A stretch of DNA of 64,000 nucleotides from Chrysomallon squamiferum. Its lineage: Eukaryota; Animalia; Mollusca. Made by a program: the position numbers and the translations under genes. Below are positions 55,692 through 64,000 of this stretch, piece by piece. Numbering within the stretch: position 1 is the stretch's first letter; each line of letters starts with the position of its first letter. The stretch lies in contig CM022665.1 in the NCBI GenBank assembly GCA_012295275.1, forward strand, positions 10,292,001-10,356,000. Reading direction: 5' to 3'. A model generated the notes under the pieces. That model made no database searches. It was not told where the DNA came from and saw nothing but the letters and a program-made list of their open reading frames with translations.

Positions 55692-57389
55692 ATGCACACT
55701 CACACTATGTATAGCTGTATCAAAAGATTATATGGTCAGCAATTACTAGTTGTATTTCCGTTTGGTCATGTATTGATCCTCTTGGGGTTTTTTACGCTCA
55801 GTCTGCCGGCTATTTGAAAAGACGTCTTGGTCAGAAATTACAGGGCGTGTTTCCGCGCTGAGCATTAAAAAGAAATATGTACACATCCAGCGACATGATC
55901 AGAACGAGCCTTTAATTGCTGTACTTGTTGCTGCACTGGATTTTGTGTCTTAAGTTTTAGATTTAGCGAGTTTCCGTTTCTTTTTTAATTCAGATTTATG
56001 ACTTCATAAACTAAAGTTTTGTTAATAAACTGACATTGTTTTTTTGTCAGGTAGAACAATAAGGGACTGGGTCATTGTAACTGATACAAGCTTGGAAGAT
56101 ATTTTGGTCAATATTGCTGCTGAGAAATAATCTAAATGGTTTCTTCAGAAGTGATGAAGTGTTTGAATTTCGTTTAAAATGTTATTCTTTTAAAGCACTT
56201 ATCATTCACATACATACATACATACACCAATACATACATACATGCATACATACATACATGCATACATACATACATATATACATACATAGATACATACTCT
56301 CAATTATATACATGCATACTAACCCATCTAACCACACACACATACACACTACAGTACAGTACATGAAACAGTATCCTCTGAAGAACTAATAATTAATTAT
56401 TGATGTGACATTTCCACGTTTTTTCAGTCTACCAGATCTGCGTGACGTTCTCTTGTAACTGCAAAACGTTTGCTACTTCATTCGTCACACTAACGTCAAT
56501 GTAACAAATGGTTATTAAATAAGCATACTAAACCCAGACGCGTCCACACACTGATGCACGCCACCTCTTGCGAGTTCTGTACCCTGATGGCCCCGTGGTG
56601 CATTGTTTTTTTGTTTTTTTCTCCACTGAGTGTACACTTCAGTTACTTTTGTATTTTACCATTAGACGTGCACAACACCGTTACGTGTTTTCAGATGGGA
56701 CTCCTCTTCAGTAACGTCACCAATGCATTTTTTATTATTCACTTCGTCACCGATCACTTGTTTTCCATTACATTTTCTTTTTCAACGAAAAATGTTTATT
56801 TTCATCCAGCTGATTGTAAACGGAGAATGAACTGATTAAAAATAAAAGAACTGTTATGTTAAATTGGTGTGTTGGAAATCAATCAACAATGTGAAACGTG
56901 TTTGCGGTAACCGAAGAGCGAGGGCGTTCACCTGTCTTGGTCACACAGTCTAGAAGTTTGCAAGTGTTTGTCCAAGTCAGTTTTAGTATTTTGGTATTTT
57001 AGTTACAAAGACGAGAAGGTCTGCATTTTCTTCGTTAGCTTTTGTTAGCATACGATAATTTCTATGATGTCATTTGTGTTAAAACTGGTTTGTTACAGGA
57101 TACGATTCCAGATCGATCTTGGCTTGATGCGATTCTTTAAATACCATACTACCAAGAATGATATCTAACAGCTTAAATTTATTCTGAAAGATTTCAAAAC
57201 TAAATTCTCGAAGACTAATAATTTTATTATATGTTATTTTAAATCTGTTCACAAAGATAAGTTGTTGTATGACGTCTATGGCAATATCGTCTGTAATGAT
57301 TGCTAGCTGCTGATTTATTAACTGAAAACATTTTCCGTATGCATGTCCCATTACACCAGATTATAAAACACTTCATAAAATACGAAACG

Positions 57390-58260
57390 ATTGTCAATTT
57401 CATGTCATGTGTTAATTCAATTTCTTTTTTTTCACTGTAGAAAAAAAAAAAAATGTTGTGAGAACAATCACAGGAAATCATTGTCATGCCGTCCTGTGAT
57501 ATTTTTCCTACATCCTAGTCAATAAAGTGACAGGTAATTAATTACACAGGAATGGAGACCAGTCAGATATTTATTTATATGCAGCAAAAAATTAAGGTTT
57601 CCATGACAAAGAAACGTTGTTAACGAACAAACGTTACGGCCCAGTGCCGCCGCTGTAACGGAATGTTGCGGTGTTGACGTAAAATGGTCTGTGTTGACTT
57701 GACGTCGTCTCTCGGAATGCGGCACTGACGTGTTGGTTACCTGTTCCCTTACCTCTCAGTCTGAGCAGCGGGTGACGGGCCGGGCCGGACACAGCTTACC
57801 AGCTAATCAGAAGACTGATCACGAGAAACGTTACATTGTTTTTTTCTCCTCCGACTCAAGATGCCGGACGTGTTTCAGATTTGTCAACAAAGCTGACATG
57901 CAAAGACAAACTGCTTATTTGGCAACAACAAGCAGTTCTTGCGACTGGTAAAAGACGCAGGCATGCAGGCACGTTCCTTGTTTAAGCAGGTTTGTAGTGG
58001 AAGTTTGGGACCGATTCCTCGTTTGACAGTTGATTTAATTAGCTAGCGGAACCTTGCAGGACAGAGAAATGACAGACAGCGACGTGTTTGAAATGCTGCA
58101 GTAGTCGTTTGTCAATTTGTTTAACATGGGGAACAGATCTGATGTGTGCTGGGACAAGTTAATTGTCGTGCTTTGTCACTGTTGTGTTTGTCTCGCCAGG
58201 GAAACACTGAAACAATATCTTGTTGTAAGCGCACCGAAGTGTTGTGTTTTTTGTCAATGG
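57390..58260. promoter_or_regulatory. Largest GC/CpG-rich island; TALE (TGACA) motif-rich candidate enhancer
   Basis: 12 TGACA/TGTCA counted by eye, three TGACGT half-CRE, TAATTA homeodomain sites; essentially free of microsatellites. Confidence 0.5.
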
Positions 58261-58885
58261 TGATACAACATTGATTCTTCCCTCAGGCTACCTTACACCT
58301 TACCAGTAACTGTTACTATTACGACTTACAATAGCGTGATTAATGAAATTTTACTTGATATAAACCAGAAAAAGAAACCCAATAAAAAACAACAACAACG
58401 ACAAACAAAACAAACACAGTTACATATAGTAATACCGATCATTCCGTTATATTTTATTTATAAACGAAATTAATTAAATTTTAATTTCACATAAAATGGA
58501 CCAGACATATTTATATCACTGATAAGTAACACTGATACATCCTTTGAAATAACAAAACCAAACTATCAGCAACATCCATATTTATTTCTCATATTAACTT
58601 TAATTATACTTTATTTTCACATTATGATAACACTGGGTTTTTCAGTTTTCCTAGCATACACGTCACCGACAACTGCTGTAAATGTTTCTCATAACAACGT
58701 GATTAATAATATTTTAGATTTAAAAAAAATGGGCAAAAACATATTTATGACATTAATAATGAGACTGATTCTTCTGTCTTCCTGACATACACGTAACAAG
58801 CATCTGCAAATTTGGGTCTGAAAATAACAAGATTGGCAAAACGTTAAATCTCACATAAAACGGGCAAAATAGATTTAGTGATAAA
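58255..58885. repeat. Old, degenerate ~131-bp tandem repeat
   Basis: CATACACGT at 58655 and 58786. CGTGATTAAT (~58338, ~58698), TCACATAAAA.GG (~58487, ~58851) and ACATATTTAT (~58505, ~58739) recur. Confidence 0.6.
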
Positions 58886-59667
58886 TTAAAATAAAATAAA
58901 ACGAGCGTATTAACCTTAACAATAATTAAAGTGACTAAGACACATTTTCTAACAGTTCAAGTCGTTGTGGATGATTCATAGCATGAGAGCTGATCACGTG
59001 ATTAAACCACCAGACTGGAGACTGACAGGCATCGGGAACGATTCCAAGTATCGAATTGTTAACTCGAGTTAATTAGAACAAAAACCTGTAAGACCTTTGG
59101 AGTGAAATATCTTCTCTACTTCTATAATAACTAACTTCACACTGGCTTTTGCAGTCTGCCCTTGATACTGAATAATGTAACTAAATAAGAACACAAGAGT
59201 CATTTACATCATCCCCAAAACGTAAAAAGATACATAACAGATGAGTGTATGTATGTGTGTGTGTGTGTGTGTGTGTATGTGCATCTGTATCTCTATCTAT
59301 GTGTGTTTGTGTGTGTGTGTATATTTGTACGTTTGTATATATGTACCTATATATCTATTTGCATACATACATACATACACATCCATCTATTCTGTATATT
59401 TTATATATAGCCTATTTATTTGAAGGTTAAGCTTTGCATCAGCTTATAGAAAACTACATCGTGACCCAGCGTCTGTCTATTAATAGTGCTTACGAAAATC
59501 GTATCTATTCGGGCTCCAAGTATATAATATATATATACACTTCTATAAATAGGATTTACGAAATAAATAAGTACAGCTATTATGCGGATGTTTGATGTTA
59601 ATATGACACACAGCCTGAGGGGAAAGTAGAGGGTGTGCCGAGAAGATCTGAAAATGTATAAAAGAAA

Positions 59668-59776
<109 letters not shown>

Positions 59777-60006
59777 GAATAAGGAAGAGAAAAGCAAAAA
59801 GACACAAAGAGAAAATGAAAGAGAAGGCGATAAAGAAGTAAAGACAGAGAAAAGAGAGACAGAAAGAAAGAAAGAGAAAAACATACATAGAGAGCCTGAA
59901 CATTCGTAGATGCATTTTACCCGGTTTATTACTGCAGTTTATCAAAGTGTACGGTAATATATGAATTTTTATTTTATTTTTTTCTTAAATCACATCATTT
60001 AGGTTA

Positions 60007-60050
<44 letters not shown>

Positions 60051-60314
60051 CAAACAAACAACAAAAGAAAAATAATTAATAAACAATATAAAACAAAAAC
60101 AACAACCAACAGACAGAAAGATACAAAAGATATGCAGTATTCTAAAAGTTCTAATAAATGATTAAAAACAGTTATTTTACGAATACATTAACCTTGAAAC
60201 TCGTTTCCAGCCACTAATGGTTTGTTTTTGTTTTTATCTAAACATTCTCTTTGACAGATAATTCAGGAAATTCAGATTTCCACATCCTTGTTTCTTTTAA
60301 CCAGGAAGAAACAG

Positions 60315-60351
<37 letters not shown>

Positions 60352-60842
60352 ACTCATTCGTATTGGATGCTGTATATAGTAAAAAAAAAATTACCACTTG
60401 GTTACCACTTCGTTCAACTGCAGCGTTTTCCACGCTGAACTTCTTACGTTTCTTAGAATGTACTGTTTACAAACTACGCGCCTGAGTGACTTTTTAAAGA
60501 GAACCTCTACATTATGATTAGTTAATATCGATCTGGGGAATTCCCCAATTCACAGAATATTTCCTCATACCTGTAATCAACATATTTACCTTGACTACGA
60601 GCCGTATTGTGAGATGATGAAAGAATAAACCTCTACTGAGATAGAATAATCTTATTGATCTGATAACACGGTCGCTCGCTGTAATAATTAGCTGCTGGTT
60701 TCTGTGTTGTTTTGATCTCTTTTATTCAGGTTTTGACACTGAAGATAATACGTTACTGAAGATGGTACTTTGAAATGTTTTGCAAGAGATGATCTGTATT
60801 TTACAGTAATTCAAAGTCAAACAAATAATAATACTGATAAAA

Positions 60843-60873
<31 letters not shown>

Positions 60874-61187
60874 TAGTCTTTTACAGAAATTTAAAACAAA
60901 TGAAAGAAACAAAAACAAAAACAACAAAACAATCTAATCAAATTTAAAAGTAATACAAAAAAAAAAACAAGATAAATTAAACAAAGAAATTAAACAATAA
61001 AATAAGTAAATAAAACAACAACACAACAAAAACAAACAAAACATACAGAAACGAACAACAAAATTAATTAAATGAAAATGTAAATGATTATTTGAATATT
61101 CAAACGAATTTTAGAAGCTTTTTATGCTAATATTTGATATAATGAATAAATATTTGATTTCATGACACCCCCAAGTATTATACAGAT

Positions 61188-61188
<1 letters not shown>

Positions 61189-61250
<62 letters not shown>

Positions 61251-61285
61251 TACATACATACATATATACATACATACATACATAC
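61189..61285. repeat. (CA)n(CATA)n microsatellite
   Basis: Direct reading. Confidence 0.96.
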
Positions 61286-62316
61286 AAAAACAGCCTATGC
61301 ACATGCACACACAATCATTTTCAACTTTTTTTTTTAAATGCATTTTAGTTGTCAGTCATAATATTCAGTGTTTTTGTCACATGTGTCAATTAGGTGATTT
61401 AATAGTAAATAAGTGTTCAATTTTTTAATTTTTTTTAAATTTCAATCAAGAAAACAAAACAAATTGTTTTCACTGACTACATATAGCTTTAACAAGGCAG
61501 AGATCTCAGAAACTGCCAGTCTTGAAAGAAACTTCTTAACCATTACGTCACGGGATGTGTGACAGGCAAACGCTTCAGTGTCTAATTTCGTTTAACAATA
61601 CCTCAGCACATTTTTAACATCCGCACCATATTATGTGTCAATCAGTGATTGTTTGTATAACGATGTTAAGAGATAGGAAACCAGTTTGCAGCCAATCCTC
61701 ACGGCGTAAGTGTGCAGATACAAAATGTGGAATTAACGCGTGGTTCGCTGGTTTCATTTCCGTGTGCATGTTGAGGAAATTCTTGATGCCTGATAAGTGG
61801 CGGAAAAAAGTTAGGAAATGAATCATCTAGCATTCTTCTACCCAATCTGAGTGCTTTGTCACCTGGTTTCAACGACTCCAATCGTGAAGGACAACACTGT
61901 TGTTGTCGTGTGCGGCGGCACGGCGAAATTGTCGTTAATTCCCAGCCGCCGTCGTCCACTCGTTAAACGGACATAAATATAAATAAAATAACCGTTTAAG
62001 TGGAAAGGTGTGAACGGCAAACGGGCGTAGATAATTCCGCATTGTTGTTACACGTCCAGTGTTTCAAGGACGCATTGTCAAAGATTCGAGTTGACAATGT
62101 TGTTTATGTGATGTATAAAGTTGCAGCTACTGTTAAAGCGAAATTCGGTTAAGGCAAGTGTTAACACGATGTCACAAGCATAAATCTACCGCCGTTACAA
62201 ACAGGGGGAAATGAGTTGTGTGTCGCTGTAGTTTTGTTTTTATGAATGTTATTTCTTCTGTTATTATGTGAGGAAGATCTGATGACTGAAAGAAACTGTG
62301 AAATACGTTTATATAT

Positions 62317-62370
<54 letters not shown>

Positions 62371-63290
62371 GCTTTATTTTTTCTAAAACTGAACCTCACG
62401 GCTCCTTGAAGGGGTTGCTTCCACTGCAGACACGTCCGTTATTAATGAATTACAGGCCTGTACGTATGTTCAGAGCTTAATAATTAACTGTAGCCGTTAG
62501 ACCTAACTACGACATACGTACGAAGGATAAGCCTCTTACAAAATGTTTGTAAAAGTTAAAAATGTCAGAACGGAAATTGTTTGAATTCCTTTGATTGTGT
62601 TGTTTGTCTGGCATACATCTTGAAACCTCTTTTATTTTCTTCTGCTTATCTCGACTCATCTTTGACGAAAGCAGCTGCCAAAGCTTCTTACTTCCGATCA
62701 AATTAAACGAGCCCGTCTAAATCCGTTTTACAGCGTTTTATCAAGATTTGTAAGTGCCGGGGTCGTTATTGTCAGTTTCCGTACACATTTCAGTAGATGA
62801 TTAATCTGTGAAGATTAAATTCGTGATATTCTTTCACAGTATTTTAAGGGCTGTTTTTGTTTTATTTATTTTTCTTTTCTTTCTTTCTTTCTTTTCTTTT
62901 TTTTTTTTTTTTTTTTGATCTTAAAAAATGAACAGAAAATAATATAAAATAAAATTTAAAAAAATGTTGTTCGTAGATTTAAATACATAATTACTTTTTT
63001 TTTTTTTTTCCTAAAATAAGATTTTTATACTTTATTTCATTCTTTTTTCTCTCTTTGATTAAAAAAGTTAGTTAGTTTTCGTTTTGTTTTTAAATTATCT
63101 TCTTATACTGAAATGAGTCTTCCATATACTTTTAAATGTTATGATACTTTGATTTTTTATTTATTTATTTATTTTAAAGAAAAGAAGAAATAGAAAAAAA
63201 AAAATCCAAAAAGTACTTTTACATTTATTACTTCTTCTTACCTGCTTTTCAGTTTCTTTCAGTGAATATTGCATTTAGAAACTTCTGAAA

Positions 63291-63810
63291 ATTACTTTAA
63301 TAATATATTCAGTATCACGTTACAAAGGTGTTCAAGTAATATTTATGTTTAATATTACTTTAATAATATATTCAGTATCACGTTACAAAGGTGTTCAAGT
63401 AATATTTATGTTTAATATTACTTTAATAATATATTCAGTACCACGTTACAAAAGTGCTGAAACAAAATTTATGTTGACTATTACGATATAAAAATGCTGA
63501 ATGTTACGTGACAAAAATGCTGAATATTAGGTTTAATAATTAGTATGTTTTGGATATTACTTGTCCTTAATAGAACGACATAAATGTTTTGAATATCACC
63601 TTAAATGTTTGCTGGATATTCAAATGGAATTATACACTACGCAGTTCTTAATATTAATTTATAAAAGAGCTAAACATTACATTACAAATGTATTGAATAT
63701 TAAATTATAAAATGTGCTGAATATTAAGTTACAAAAGTTCTGTTTATTACGTTACAAACAGAAATAAATATTACGCTGAATAGTTGGTCACAAAAGTGCT
63801 GAATTGTGCA
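63291..63810. repeat. 63-bp higher-order repeat embedded in an older 23-bp period minisatellite
   Basis: ATTACTTTAATAATATATTCAGTA at 63291, 63354 and 63417 (first two units identical); AAAATGCTGA at 63491 and 63514. Confidence 0.93.
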
Positions 63811-64000
63811 TTCAGACTGGTGCTAAATATACACTATCTAGGAGACTCAGATTCAAGTGGCTGTCACAATGTGAGATATTAGCCTATGTAATATTGCACA
63901 TACAAGCAATTATTAACTTACTATCAATTGATCTGAAGTGTTTGTGACAGGCGACTCTTCTCTTAAACTTCCTCGATCGCCCGTATGTGTTTGGTCACAT

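Overview
Eukaryotic (animal) non-coding DNA: very AT-rich and saturated with microsatellites and poly(A)/(T) tracts. I found no credible protein-coding exon, RNA gene, CRISPR array or autonomous transposon; almost every ORF in the supplied track is a translation of simple repeats. The repeat style and a recurrent degenerate tRNA-derived SINE suggest a mollusc, probably a gastropod (inference from recalled repeat sequences, unverified). The window reads as a gene desert or giant intron. It may start in an AU-rich 3'UTR. It contains many 200-900 bp CpG-containing unique islands with clustered transcription-factor motifs (TALE TGACA, Su(H)/RBPJ, CAGGTG E-boxes, E2F, CRE/MARE), about a dozen old SINE remnants, and six unrelated minisatellites (23, 41, 84, ~32, ~131 and 63 bp periods). 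The clearest structural novelty is a recent ~180 bp inverted duplication at 36.5-37.05 kb with a flanking ~30 bp direct repeat and junction microhomology, the expected footprint of a replication template switch. I did not find convincing evidence of a new biological system. All regulatory calls are motif-level hypotheses read by eye.
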